A stretch of 61,010 bases of DNA from IMG/VR virus record IMGVR_UViG_3300027554_000001, one strand, 5' to 3'. This document shows, one piece after another, positions 49,173 to 57,131 of the stretch. The notes under the pieces were generated by a model. The model was not told the origin of the DNA. It ran no database searches and worked only from the letters and a program-made list of their open reading frames with translations. The position numbers and the translations under genes are program-made. Source of the DNA: a virus. The first letter of the stretch is position 1. The number at the start of each line of letters is the position of its first letter.

Positions 49173-49801
49173 GCTGCGTTCTCCAGTTGTTCGATGCCGG
49201 ACATCCGGCGAAGTCGTTCCAGCATCACGTCGCGCGCTTTCAGGCACGCATCGATGCCGGCCTGCATCAGCGCCTCGGCCTCGGCGTCGCGCTCCAGCCT
49301 TGCAACCGCCAGCGGTGCGCCGGGGTAGTGCACGACGCAATCCCACCAGGCGCGATCCGTGACCATCAGGCTCAGCCGGCACTGCGCGATGTAGGCGCTC
49401 GGCACGGTGCCGTGCTCGTCGATGTGCTCGGCGGCCTCGGTGTAGCCGTTGACGAGCGGGTTTTTGATCTCGACGCCGCCGTCCGCGCCCACCAGTCCGT
49501 CCGGGCTGCACCCGATCTGGCCGGATGCGATGAAGCCGGACTCGATCACCTCGACCAGCCGCTCCGCTTCGTATTCAGTGCGTGCGACCGCTTCGAGTTC
49601 GATCCCTCGCTCCATCGCCCACGTCGATCCGGACTCATCGATCCAGCGACCCAGGTGGACCTCAAGTGCGAGCCGCCTGCCGAGCGACGCGGCCGATGCC
49701 GATACCTTTCCGGTCTTCGGCATCACCAACTGATCGGCGCGCGACGCGGTGATGAGTCCGTGCCGAGACAGCCGCCACGCTTCACTCAGTTGCTCGCTCA
49801 T
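49169..49801 (-). CDS. YqaJ-type (lambda Exo-like, PD-(D/E)xK) recombination exonuclease
   Basis: 'SEAWRLSRHGLITASRADQL...AMERGIELEAVARTEYE...CSPDGLV...GVEIKNP'. Only the 3' 633 nt of track ORF 49169..50674 used. Confidence 0.8.
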   Translation of the reverse strand: MSEQLSEAWRLSRHGLITASRADQLVMPKTGKVSASAASLGRRLALEVHLGRWIDESGSTWAMERGIELEAVARTEYEAERLVEVIESGFIASGQIGCSPDGLVGADGGVEIKNPLVNGYTEAAEHIDEHGTVPSAYIAQCRLSLMVTDRAWWDCVVHYPGAPLAVARLERDAEAEALMQAGIDACLKARDVMLERLRRMSGIEQLENAA

Positions 49802-50589
49802 TCGGGCGCCTCCGCTGCCGGCAGCTTCGCGGACAGCGCCTGCGCCGCCTTCGCCACGGCTTGAGCGGGCAGGGCCACGCCGATGCCGTTGTCGGCCGCC
49901 CCGTACTTCTTCACGTAGGCCGCGACGAATGCCGCCTTCGTGCCGGGCGTTGCCGTTTCCGCCTTGTCTATCAGCGCGGACAGTTCCGTGATCTGCCGCT
50001 CCGTGGCCGGCACCACCTCGGGTGCAGCCTGGATCGTCTGCGCATCGTTGTCGCCCTCGGCCGCGATCCCCAGCGCCGCCGACAGCGCGTACCGGCGGGC
50101 GTACGCCGACGAGATGCCCCACGCTTGCGCTGCGTTGATGCCCTTGCCCTGCTCGACGGGCACGCCGAACTCGGTGCGCTCCTCGTGCCCGTCGCGGTGG
50201 CTGACGATGCATACCGCCGTGGTCCATGCCGGGTCGCGCTCTTGGCGCTGCTCCCAGCGCACCGTCAGACCGTTCGACGACAGCGGGGCGCGCGCAGCGT
50301 TGAGCAGGTCGTCGATCGTTGCGTACTTGCTGCGCAGGTGCGTGTTGCTGCCCGAGCGCCCGGTCGGCCCTACGTCTCGACGAAACCTCGTCATGGCCGC
50401 CATCCACTCGCGGCGGGCCACGAATCGGCGCTCCTGGTGCTCGGCGTCCAGCAGCTTCTGCAGCGCGTCGGGATTGATGTTCGGCTGCGCTCGCACGATC
50501 TGCAGCACCGGCGACACGTCGCTCGCCTGCAGGCCACTGTGCGGCGTCATCGTGCCGGCTGCGTCGTCGATCAGGGTCATGTCGTTCAT
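49798..50589 (-). CDS. erf: ERF-family single-strand annealing protein
   Basis: 'SKYATIDDLLNAARAPLSSNGL...SHRDGH...AQAWGISSAYARRYALSAALGIAAEGDNDA'. Confidence 0.75.
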   Translation of the reverse strand: MNDMTLIDDAAGTMTPHSGLQASDVSPVLQIVRAQPNINPDALQKLLDAEHQERRFVARREWMAAMTRFRRDVGPTGRSGSNTHLRSKYATIDDLLNAARAPLSSNGLTVRWEQRQERDPAWTTAVCIVSHRDGHEERTEFGVPVEQGKGINAAQAWGISSAYARRYALSAALGIAAEGDNDAQTIQAAPEVVPATERQITELSALIDKAETATPGTKAAFVAAYVKKYGAADNGIGVALPAQAVAKAAQALSAKLPAAEAPE

Positions 50590-50825
50590 GTGTTCTCTCC
50601 AAGGTCAGTAAATCCGATGATCGGCTCGCCCCCATCCGCCTCAATCCGCACCGCCGGCAGCGAGCGCACCGCATGCAACGCGCACACGCGATCGATGGTG
50701 TTGACGACGACGGTCTCGGTCATGTCGCGTGCTGCCTCGTCGCGCTGGCGGTCGGGACGGCCGCCGGGTGCTTCCTGGCGGATGGCGATACCGGAGTCGG
50801 CCGGCATCTGGCGATGGGCGGTCAC
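50586..50825 (-). CDS. Hypothetical protein (79 aa)
   Basis: ATGA coupling both ends; ORF track. Confidence 0.5.
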   Translation of the reverse strand: MTAHRQMPADSGIAIRQEAPGGRPDRQRDEAARDMTETVVVNTIDRVCALHAVRSLPAVRIEADGGEPIIGFTDLGENT

Positions 50826-51325
50826 GACTGCGACTCCCGGTTGGCTCGGCCGTAGGCGGCGATGGCTTCATCGGCGGTGCCCTTCATCGGCCCTTCTGCC
50901 GAACAGGCATTGCAGTGCAGCCACGCGCTAGATTCGTCGCTGTCCACGGCCACGTCATTGCTGCCACAGTGAACGCACGCCGGCAGCACCGGCTCGACAG
51001 CGGGCAGGGCGTCGCGCAAACCCTGCATTTCATCCTCAATGTCTAGCACTGCGCCAGTCCGATCGGCAATTCCGATGACAGCACGCCCCGCCACCACCAA
51101 CGCATCGTGCCGGGCCTGCAGCTCGTCCAGCTCCTCGCGCAGCTTGTCCCGCTCCTGCTCGGCGGCCTCGGCGCGGGCGTGCAGGTGGTTCATGTCAGCG
51201 GCAAGAATGCTTGCCTGCAGCACGTCCGATCCGCACGTCGTGCGATCGTGATCCTTCCTCGTGATCCAGTACAGCGGGCCTCCTCCTCCGACGAAGTAGG
51301 GGCCACCCCGCTCCTCGCCGCTCAT
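50822..51325 (-). CDS. Coiled-coil protein with C-terminal Lar-like (restriction-alleviation) Zn ribbon
   Basis: ATGA-coupled ATG 51325. 'CVHCGSNDVAVDSDESSAWLHCNACSAEGPMKGTADEAIAAYGR' fits the Lar family 'CPFCG...v.C..C.a.gp....eAi.aWN'. Confidence 0.6.
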   Translation of the reverse strand: MSGEERGGPYFVGGGGPLYWITRKDHDRTTCGSDVLQASILAADMNHLHARAEAAEQERDKLREELDELQARHDALVVAGRAVIGIADRTGAVLDIEDEMQGLRDALPAVEPVLPACVHCGSNDVAVDSDESSAWLHCNACSAEGPMKGTADEAIAAYGRANRESQS

Positions 51326-51597
51326 GCCGGCCACCCCTGCTGCACCGCGTGCTCATCCAGCTCGTCGCCATCCTCGGAGTACCATTCGCACCATTCGCCA
51401 TCTTCAAACACGTTCAGCCCTCCGGCATTGCAGTAGTCAGGCTTGATGTTGTGCTCAAGCTGGAAAAGGTCGTATTGAGCGAGAGCGTTGGTCAGCACCC
51501 ATCCTTCCTTGGCGCTGTCGACAGGGAATTGGAAAGCCTTGCACGGCACTTGCGGCACCCACCAGACGCGCAGGTCACCTTCCCTCGGGCCGCTCAT
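51322..51597 (-). CDS. Conserved phage hypothetical protein (91 aa)
   Basis: 'LRVWWVPQVPCKAFQFPV...LAQYDLFQLEHNIKPDYCNAGGL' is a widespread phage family of unknown function. Confidence 0.55.
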   Translation of the reverse strand: MSGPREGDLRVWWVPQVPCKAFQFPVDSAKEGWVLTNALAQYDLFQLEHNIKPDYCNAGGLNVFEDGEWCEWYSEDGDELDEHAVQQGWPA

Positions 51598-51821
51598 GCC
51601 CGCGCTCCCGCGCCACACGGCCGCACAGCCAGCAACTGCTCACGCGTCAGCCCGCCGTACATCGCCCAGGCATCGGCCATCGCCTCGTCGTGGCACGCCG
51701 CGCACTGCGTCTCGCCCTCGCTCTCGTGCGTGCAGTCGCTGCACGTGAGTGCGTCGCAGCTGCAGCAGCCGGACAGCTCGTCGTGGCTGCAGCGGTGGCA
51801 GCACAGGTCGCAGGCGCTCAT
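51594..51821 (-). CDS. Cys-rich Zn-binding-like protein (75 aa)
   Basis: Five CxxC-type pairs in 40 aa: 'CDLCCHRCSHDELSGCCSCDALTCSDCTHESEGETQCAACH'. Confidence 0.5.
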   Translation of the reverse strand: MSACDLCCHRCSHDELSGCCSCDALTCSDCTHESEGETQCAACHDEAMADAWAMYGGLTREQLLAVRPCGAGARA

Positions 51822-52078
51822 GCTGCGCGCTCCTGCACGGCTTGCTGCCCACCGATCCGCCTGACCAGTCGATCGGCCATCATGTCGCGCACCCTGGTCG
51901 CGGCAGCGATGCGCGCCGATTCGCTGGCATCGGCGTACGCCATGGCGGTGGCTACATCTGCCCATACGTCCCGCCCAACCTGCATTTCGATGGCGCGCTC
52001 AAGCGTTGACGGGTACTCGCGCAGCGCCAGCGCCTCGGCTTGAAACGTGATGTGCATCCACTCGCATCGCTTGTTCAT
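51818..52078 (-). CDS. Hypothetical protein (86 aa)
   Basis: ATGA coupling; ORF track. Confidence 0.5.
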   Translation of the reverse strand: MNKRCEWMHITFQAEALALREYPSTLERAIEMQVGRDVWADVATAMAYADASESARIAAATRVRDMMADRLVRRIGGQQAVQERAA

Positions 52079-52353
52079 ACCTGCTCCTCAAAATCGTCAA
52101 CGATTGCCACGACGCGAGCGCGCCGGTGGGCGATGTACAGCGTGCGCAGCGGCTCGGCCATGCTCGCCACCTGCGCCTGCTCGTCGTCGTCCCAGTCGGT
52201 GAGCTCCCGGATCGACATCTCGCCGACTCGGGCCACGGTGCTGGCGCGGCGCTCCGTGTCGGCGGGCGGCTCAATGTCGGTGTAGTGACGCTCGATGGCG
52301 TCGGTGCGGGCGTACTCGGCGGCGCGGTCAGCCTGCTGCTCGTAGATGCTCAT
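52075..52353 (-). CDS. Hypothetical acidic protein (92 aa)
   Basis: ATGA-coupled ATG 52353 within track ORF 52075..52404. Confidence 0.5.
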   Translation of the reverse strand: MSIYEQQADRAAEYARTDAIERHYTDIEPPADTERRASTVARVGEMSIRELTDWDDDEQAQVASMAEPLRTLYIAHRRARVVAIVDDFEEQV

Positions 52354-53054
52354 GCCGAGCGATCCAATTTGGCCTTCTCGACGGCTGCGCGCTGCTCCGC
52401 CCACATCCGCTCGTCGCCCGCCTCGGCATCGGTCTGCTCGCGATCGGCCGACCAGTCATGTCGCGCCAAGTGGGCCCGGCACAGCGCGATCAGCGCGCGG
52501 TACTCGTCGCGACATCGCTCGCTGATCGCGCTGTGCCAGCCGTGTGCGCTCTCGTGCTCGATGCGCTCCGATAGCTCGTCGAGCGAGCCGGTCCAGCAGC
52601 CGCAGTGCAGCGCCTCGCTGCCGTCCGCCAGCCGGTACATCGTGACGTACCGATCCTCCGAGCCGATCGGGCCGTAATGCAGGGCGTCGGTGCAGCGCGT
52701 GATGCGGGCGGCCGAGCCGATATAGGCACCCGAGTCGATGCGAGCGTACGAGCCGACACGGGCACCCGAAGCGACTCGGGCGTGCGAGCCGATGTGGGCA
52801 CCCAAGCCGATGTGGGCGGCCGAGCCGACGCTGGCGTACAAGCCGACGCTGGCGCACGAGTCGATGCGAGCGTACAAGCCGACGCTGGCGTACGAGCCGA
52901 TGCGAGCGTACGAACCGACGCTGGCGTCCGCGCCGATGCGGGCAAACGAGCCGACGCGCGCGTAAGAGTCGACGCTGGCGTACGGGCCGATGCGGGCATC
53001 CGAAACAGTAGCACTCGGCGCGATCCTGGCCGTATCTGCGATGCGGGCGCTCAT
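52350..53054 (-). CDS. Hexapeptide-repeat (left-handed beta-helix-like) protein with Cys/His C-terminal domain
   Basis: About 20 consecutive hexads '[IV]G[SL]YA[RS]' (aa 1-125; DNA 52680..53054, 18-bp periodicity). Then 'YGPIGSEDRYVTMYRLADGSEALHCGCWTGSLDEL'. Confidence 0.65.
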   Translation of the reverse strand: MSARIADTARIAPSATVSDARIGPYASVDSYARVGSFARIGADASVGSYARIGSYASVGLYARIDSCASVGLYASVGSAAHIGLGAHIGSHARVASGARVGSYARIDSGAYIGSAARITRCTDALHYGPIGSEDRYVTMYRLADGSEALHCGCWTGSLDELSERIEHESAHGWHSAISERCRDEYRALIALCRAHLARHDWSADREQTDAEAGDERMWAEQRAAVEKAKLDRSA

Positions 53055-53284
53055 GCCGCTACCTGCGCGGCACGGTACTCAGCGGCGAGCAGCAGGGCGT
53101 ACGTCGGCTCGTCGAGCCACACGCGGCACTCGCGGTAGCTGGGCAGGTGCGGCAGGCGCAGGGTGTGCGTGGCGTTGATGGCGCAGCAGACGGCGCACTG
53201 AGCGAGGGCGTCGGTCTCGCCGGTGAGGATGGTCACCTCGTGGCGGCTGGCGTAGTTGTTGGTGCGGGGGTCGTATGCGGCCAT
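53051..53284 (-). CDS. Hypothetical protein (77 aa), first gene of leftward operon
   Basis: ORF track; ATGA-coupled to the next gene; no HTH recognised. Confidence 0.5.
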   Translation of the reverse strand: MAAYDPRTNNYASRHEVTILTGETDALAQCAVCCAINATHTLRLPHLPSYRECRVWLDEPTYALLLAAEYRAAQVAA

Positions 53285-53445
53285 GTGAGGTTCCGTGTTG
53301 TTGGCGTGAGACAGAAGTTACGGTAAGCCGTGCGTCGTGTCAACCGTCGCCCGTAAATATATTTCGGCAGTTCCGTAACGGACTTGAGTAGACATTGGGC
53401 GCCAACACTGGTACGGTTGCCGGCAACTGAACCGGAGCACGTCAC
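53285..53445. promoter_or_regulatory. Divergent early control region
   Basis: Only sizeable AT-rich gap between oppositely oriented operons. Palindromes: TTACGGTAA (53318..53326), AAATATATTT (53355..53364; TATATT readable on both strands), TCCGTAACGGA (53372..53382), GTTGCCGGCAAC (53416..53427). Confidence 0.55.
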
Positions 53446-53685
53446 ATGCCATCCCCACGTATTGACATCGAGAGCGTCACGCGATCTGCGCTGATCGCCG
53501 CCCACGACGGCAATGTCGCCGACGCTGCGGCCACCATGCGGATCAAGCCATCGACGCTGTACGGCTGGCCGGATCTGCCCAACTACAGATTCCAGTGCGC
53601 GATCGTGACGGCGTGCGATGCTGTCGGCAAGGGCGCGGCGTTGCGTCGGGCCGTATCCGATTCCGCGCAGCCGAAAGCAGCATGA
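53446..53685 (+). CDS. Cro/CII-like HTH protein (79 aa)
   Basis: GGAG upstream; 'NVADAAATMRIKPSTLYGW' HTH-like; first gene of the rightward operon. Confidence 0.5.
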   Translation: MPSPRIDIESVTRSALIAAHDGNVADAAATMRIKPSTLYGWPDLPNYRFQCAIVTACDAVGKGAALRRAVSDSAQPKAA

Positions 53686-54038
53686 TCGACCGCGACGCCC
53701 TCGGCCTCATCCTCGCCGCTCCCGTGCTCGGCGCCGTCATCCCGGCCTCGCGCATCGTGCTCGAGACTGCCGGTGCTGGCCTCGCGCTGCTGCCGATCGC
53801 CGCCGCTCTGACTCTCGCCATCGCTGCCGCAACACCCGGCGTGCGCCTGCTCGCGTGCTCGGTGGCATCTTCCATGCACGGCCGCCTCGCAATGCCCGCC
53901 ACGACGCTTGGCAGCGTGATCGCCATGGCCGCGGCGACGAGCGTCATCGCCAGTCATGCACCGGCATCCAGCGTGGTCGTCGTGCCGGGCGGCTGGGCTG
54001 CCACTTTCACCAACACCGAGAAGGAGCAACTTCGATGA
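53682..54038 (+). CDS. Multi-TM membrane protein (118 aa)
   Basis: ATGA coupling; three hydrophobic Ala/Leu-rich segments. Confidence 0.5.
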   Translation: MIDRDALGLILAAPVLGAVIPASRIVLETAGAGLALLPIAAALTLAIAAATPGVRLLACSVASSMHGRLAMPATTLGSVIAMAAATSVIASHAPASSVVVVPGGWAATFTNTEKEQLR

Positions 54039-54385
54039 AGATCCAGTGCATCACTGATGACGGCCGGAAGTTCGACAACGAGCCGGACGCGCGCATCTGG
54101 GAGCAGCGCCTCGCTTGGGCGAACGCCTACCTCGCCGAGCACGGCCAGTTCACGACCGACGTGCGCCGTGAGAACGCGGCGCGCCGTCTCGCGCTCGGGA
54201 TCGAGGTGTGGGATGCGGAGCGCGACGCCGGGCTCGTCGACGGCAGCGTGGATGCCATGCGCGCCGGTGTCGATTCGCTGGCCGCGGCGCGACGTGGTCC
54301 GCCGGATGCGCCGGATGCCGAGCCCGACGAGACGCCCGAAGACAACGAAGCGCTGCCGATCGCTGCCGAGACGCGCGCGGCGTGA
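54035..54385 (+). CDS. Hypothetical protein (116 aa)
   Basis: ATGA coupling; C-terminal part of track ORF 53618..54385. Confidence 0.5.
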   Translation: MKIQCITDDGRKFDNEPDARIWEQRLAWANAYLAEHGQFTTDVRRENAARRLALGIEVWDAERDAGLVDGSVDAMRAGVDSLAAARRGPPDAPDAEPDETPEDNEALPIAAETRAA

Positions 54386-54444
54386 CCGCTCGCCGATCCC
54401 GCCGCACCCCGTCCACCACCCCGTCCACCACCGAGACCACTTCC

Positions 54445-54726
54445 ATGGCCAAGACCGCCCGCAAGACCAGCGCCGCCCCGAAGGCGAAGCCCGTCCCGAA
54501 GCTTGCGTCGGTACCGACCCGCCTCGACCGGGTTGCCGGTCTCGAGGTCGGCCGGCGATTCAGTGAGCCGGTGCCGGCCGGTCGCGATCCGGTGCGCGTG
54601 CGTGCTGGCGTCGCGTCCAGCATCACGAAGTGGAAGTCCGCCGGCGGCGAGGCCGTGGCCGATCGGACGTTCGCGGTGACGCTGACGCACAGCGATACGC
54701 GCGTGCAGGTCAAGCGGACGGCGTGA
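54445..54726 (+). CDS. Basic protein with Lys/Ala/Pro-rich N-terminus (93 aa)
   Basis: 'MAKTARKTSAAPKAKPVPK' histone-like tail. Preceded by a 12-bp direct repeat CCCGTCCACCAC x2 (54408..54431). Confidence 0.5.
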   Translation: MAKTARKTSAAPKAKPVPKLASVPTRLDRVAGLEVGRRFSEPVPAGRDPVRVRAGVASSITKWKSAGGEAVADRTFAVTLTHSDTRVQVKRTA

Positions 54727-55358
54727 TCGCCACGCCCAGGCTGGCCGCTCGATACGTCGGGCGGCCCGACGATCCGCGCACCACGCCGCGGCGCGCGTCG
54801 CTCGTGACGTGTGGCGAGAGAATCGGCGCGATCTGGATCCGCTCAGGCATCGCGCACGTCATCACGCGCGACGACCGGCCCGTACGAATGCTTTCCGTGC
54901 ACGAGCGCGGATCGTGGGTGCTGCCCGAAGTGGCGCTGCTGGGCCTGCCGTCGCCGTATGAAGTGATCGCCCACACGGGCGTCGAGTGGCATCACTGGCC
55001 CGTGGATCGCCTGTCGGACGAGGCGAGAAGCGGCTTAGCCCGCGCGGCGTTTGCCGAGTCTCTGCGCCGCGCCGAGCTCATGGCCGGCAGCCCGCATGTG
55101 CCCGTCGCCGATCGCGTCTTGGTGGCGCTGAAATACCTCGCCAGCCAGCCATCGGCGATGACCCACCCGGACGGCATGCAGATCCGCGTGTCGCGCCGGC
55201 TGATTGCGCAAATGGTCGGCTGCTCGCGAGAGATGGTCGGCCGCGTGCTGACCAACGGCGAGCTGAGCGATGTGGTCCAAATCCCGAAGCGATCGGGCAG
55301 GGCAATGGTCGTGCTCGATCCGGAGCGCCGCCTGGTGCGCGATCAGGTGGCCGCATGA
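54723..55358 (+). CDS. Crp/Fnr-family transcriptional regulator
   Basis: GTGA coupling. Beta-barrel-like N-half; 'VADRVLVALKYLAS....IRVSRRLIAQMVGCSREMVGRVLTNGELSDVV' = Crp-type C-terminal HTH. Confidence 0.7.
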   Translation: MIATPRLAARYVGRPDDPRTTPRRASLVTCGERIGAIWIRSGIAHVITRDDRPVRMLSVHERGSWVLPEVALLGLPSPYEVIAHTGVEWHHWPVDRLSDEARSGLARAAFAESLRRAELMAGSPHVPVADRVLVALKYLASQPSAMTHPDGMQIRVSRRLIAQMVGCSREMVGRVLTNGELSDVVQIPKRSGRAMVVLDPERRLVRDQVAA

Positions 55359-55430
55359 ATCACGACCGAGCCGGGCGGTTCCCGGTAGCGATCCGGCCGG
55401 CTGTCAGGCACGGATCGCGATAGAATAGGG

Positions 55431-55460
55431 GCGGCGCACCGATGCAACCCGGTGCGCCGC
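55431..55460 (+). other. Perfect 11-bp-stem hairpin / 30-bp palindrome
   Basis: GCGGCGCACCG (55431..55441), loop ATGCAACC, CGGTGCGCCGC (55450..55460). No U-tract. TAGAAT hexamer just upstream (55421..55426). Confidence 0.7.
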
Positions 55461-55489
55461 GCATCACATCACTCACCAAGAGCACTGAT

Positions 55490-55675
55490 ATGACGAATCG
55501 ACATTCTACACCAGCCGCGCGCCCGGCCGAGAAACGCGCCGCTGCCGTGGCCGTGCTGAACAGCCACGAGATGACGACCAGACTTCGGCGGCTGGCAGCG
55601 GAGTTCGGGGTGCCCGCGTTCCCGGCTCGGCTGGATAGGTGCGAGCGGATGGCGGATCGAGGGGCGTCGGCATGA
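55490..55675 (+). CDS. Hypothetical protein (61 aa)
   Basis: Track ORF 55442..55675. ATG 55442 lies in the hairpin loop, so ATG 55490 is preferred. Weak support. Confidence 0.4.
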   Translation: MTNRHSTPAARPAEKRAAAVAVLNSHEMTTRLRRLAAEFGVPAFPARLDRCERMADRGASA

Positions 55676-56277
55676 TCGCCTGCCGCAAGGGATACGTCTA
55701 CGTCCTGTCGAACCCGAGCATGCCCGGCATCGTGAAGATCGGGCGATCAATGCACGGCGGCACCGGGCGCGCCGAAGCCTTCTACCGGAACGACACGGGG
55801 CTGCCAACGCCGTTCGATCTGGAGTTCGAGGTGCTAGTGGATGACTGCCACGCGCTGGAGCGCGACGTGCACGTGGAGCTCGCTGACTGGCGCGCGAACC
55901 CGCAGCGCGAGTTCTTCAGGCTGGACGCCGATTCGGCGCGCCACTTCATCCTGCAGCGCTGGAATCTGGTCATCGGGGCGATCGACTCGCCCGAGCCGCG
56001 CACGCACGCCTACATCGAGTACGCGCAGGACTTCTGTCGGCCGCAGGTCGAAGACCGCCTCGGCCTGACGCGCGGCTGCATTGGCCATTCCGCGTTCAAC
56101 GATGCGGTCGAATGGGTCTCTCGGCAAGCGGGCTTGATGGCGATCGCTTACTCAGAAATGCGTGCCGAGCGGGAGTGGCTCGCGAACTCGAAGCCGCCCC
56201 GTGAGCCGGAGGCGGCACCCGAGCTAGCCGCCAACCCCGCAGCGACGCCCAGCGTCACAGACGGGGTGTTGCACTGA
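55672..56277 (+). CDS. T5orf172/MUG113-type GIY-YIG-like domain protein
   Basis: 'KGYVYVLSNPSMPGIVKIGRSMHGGTGRAEAFYRNDTGLPTPFDLEFE...ALERDVHVELADWRANPQREFF'. Confidence 0.7.
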   Translation: MIACRKGYVYVLSNPSMPGIVKIGRSMHGGTGRAEAFYRNDTGLPTPFDLEFEVLVDDCHALERDVHVELADWRANPQREFFRLDADSARHFILQRWNLVIGAIDSPEPRTHAYIEYAQDFCRPQVEDRLGLTRGCIGHSAFNDAVEWVSRQAGLMAIAYSEMRAEREWLANSKPPREPEAAPELAANPAATPSVTDGVLH

Positions 56278-57131
56278 TGAGCAACCGCGCCACAACCTGG
56301 GCCTGGGATCAGTGCGTCCGCTCGCCTATGAGAAAATTGATTCTGTTGAAGCTGGCCGACAACGCCGACGAGATCTCTGGCGACTGCTGGCCGTCCGTTT
56401 CCCACATCGCAACGATGTGCGAGTGTGACCAGCGCACCGTGCGGCGACACCTGCGCGGGCTTGAAGCTGCCGGCCTGCTGCGAGTCATTGTGCGCGGCGG
56501 AATCTCTTCGGAAGGCACGCGCTACGCCAACCGATACCGCGTGGTCGGAGACTGGGAAAGGCCCGTATCCGGGCCGGGTCCGGCACCGGCGCCGATGCCT
56601 GGGAGCGCCATTCCTGAAGGGGGGGCAGATCGCCCCCCTATGGGGGGCAGAGAGTCCGGAAGGGGGGCAGAGAGTCCGAAGGGGGGGGCACAGTGCCCGC
56701 CTAATCCTTCAGTTAACCCTTCAAGAGCTGCGCAGGGGGCGGGCGATGCCGCGAGCCAGCAGCAGGCGGTCCCGAGCACGCCCGGCGCGTGGGCGCAGCA
56801 CTTCGTGCAAGCGCACGGCTACGACTGGAGTCAGGCGAAGTCGGCGAAGTCCATGGCGATGTATCGCCAGTGGTCGACCGACCTGGCCACCGTCGCGGTG
56901 ATCGATGAGGCGATGGAGATCGCGACCGCGAAGCTCGGCGAGCAGCCCGGCTCGCCGGTGTTTCTGCGCGGCATTGTGGCGGACATCCAAGCCGAGGCCG
57001 ATCGTCCAGCGCCGACCGGTAGGGCGAAGAGGTCCTCAGGAAATTCGACGCCATCCAACCACACCGGTTTCGCTAATCGCGATTACACCGCCGGCACCGA
57101 GGGCTGGAACGTCGCCGGAGGTGTCGCATGA
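56277..57131 (+). CDS. Replication initiator (lambda O-like role), N-terminal HTH_36-type domain
   Basis: 'TTWAWDQ....KLILLKLADNADEISGDCWPSVSHIATMCECDQRTVRRHLRGLEAAGLL'. Contains iterons; followed by the DnaC-like gene. Confidence 0.7.
   Translation: MSNRATTWAWDQCVRSPMRKLILLKLADNADEISGDCWPSVSHIATMCECDQRTVRRHLRGLEAAGLLRVIVRGGISSEGTRYANRYRVVGDWERPVSGPGPAPAPMPGSAIPEGGADRPPMGGRESGRGAESPKGGAQCPPNPSVNPSRAAQGAGDAASQQQAVPSTPGAWAQHFVQAHGYDWSQAKSAKSMAMYRQWSTDLATVAVIDEAMEIATAKLGEQPGSPVFLRGIVADIQAEADRPAPTGRAKRSSGNSTPSNHTGFANRDYTAGTEGWNVAGGVA
56619..56699 (+). repeat. Iteron array (candidate replication origin) inside the initiator gene
   Basis: GGGGGGGCAGATCGCCCCCC (56619..56638), GGGGGGCAGAGAGTCCG x2 (56642..56658, 56662..56678), GGGGGGGGCACAGTGCCCG (56681..56699). 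Followed by a relatively AT-rich stretch CTAATCCTTCAGTTAACCCTTCAAGAG. Confidence 0.6.

Noticed and set aside
49802-50674. N-terminal 291-aa extension of the exonuclease ORF (track 49169..50674)
   Set aside because: The extension overlaps the well-supported erf gene in another frame and is Arg/Gly/Ala-rich. The ATGA-coupled ATG 49801 starts exactly at the YqaJ domain.
55442-55489. ATG 55442 as the start of the 55442..55675 ORF
   Set aside because: The codon sits in the loop of the perfect 11-bp-stem hairpin and has no SD. ATG 55490 is preferred, though the gene itself remains low confidence.
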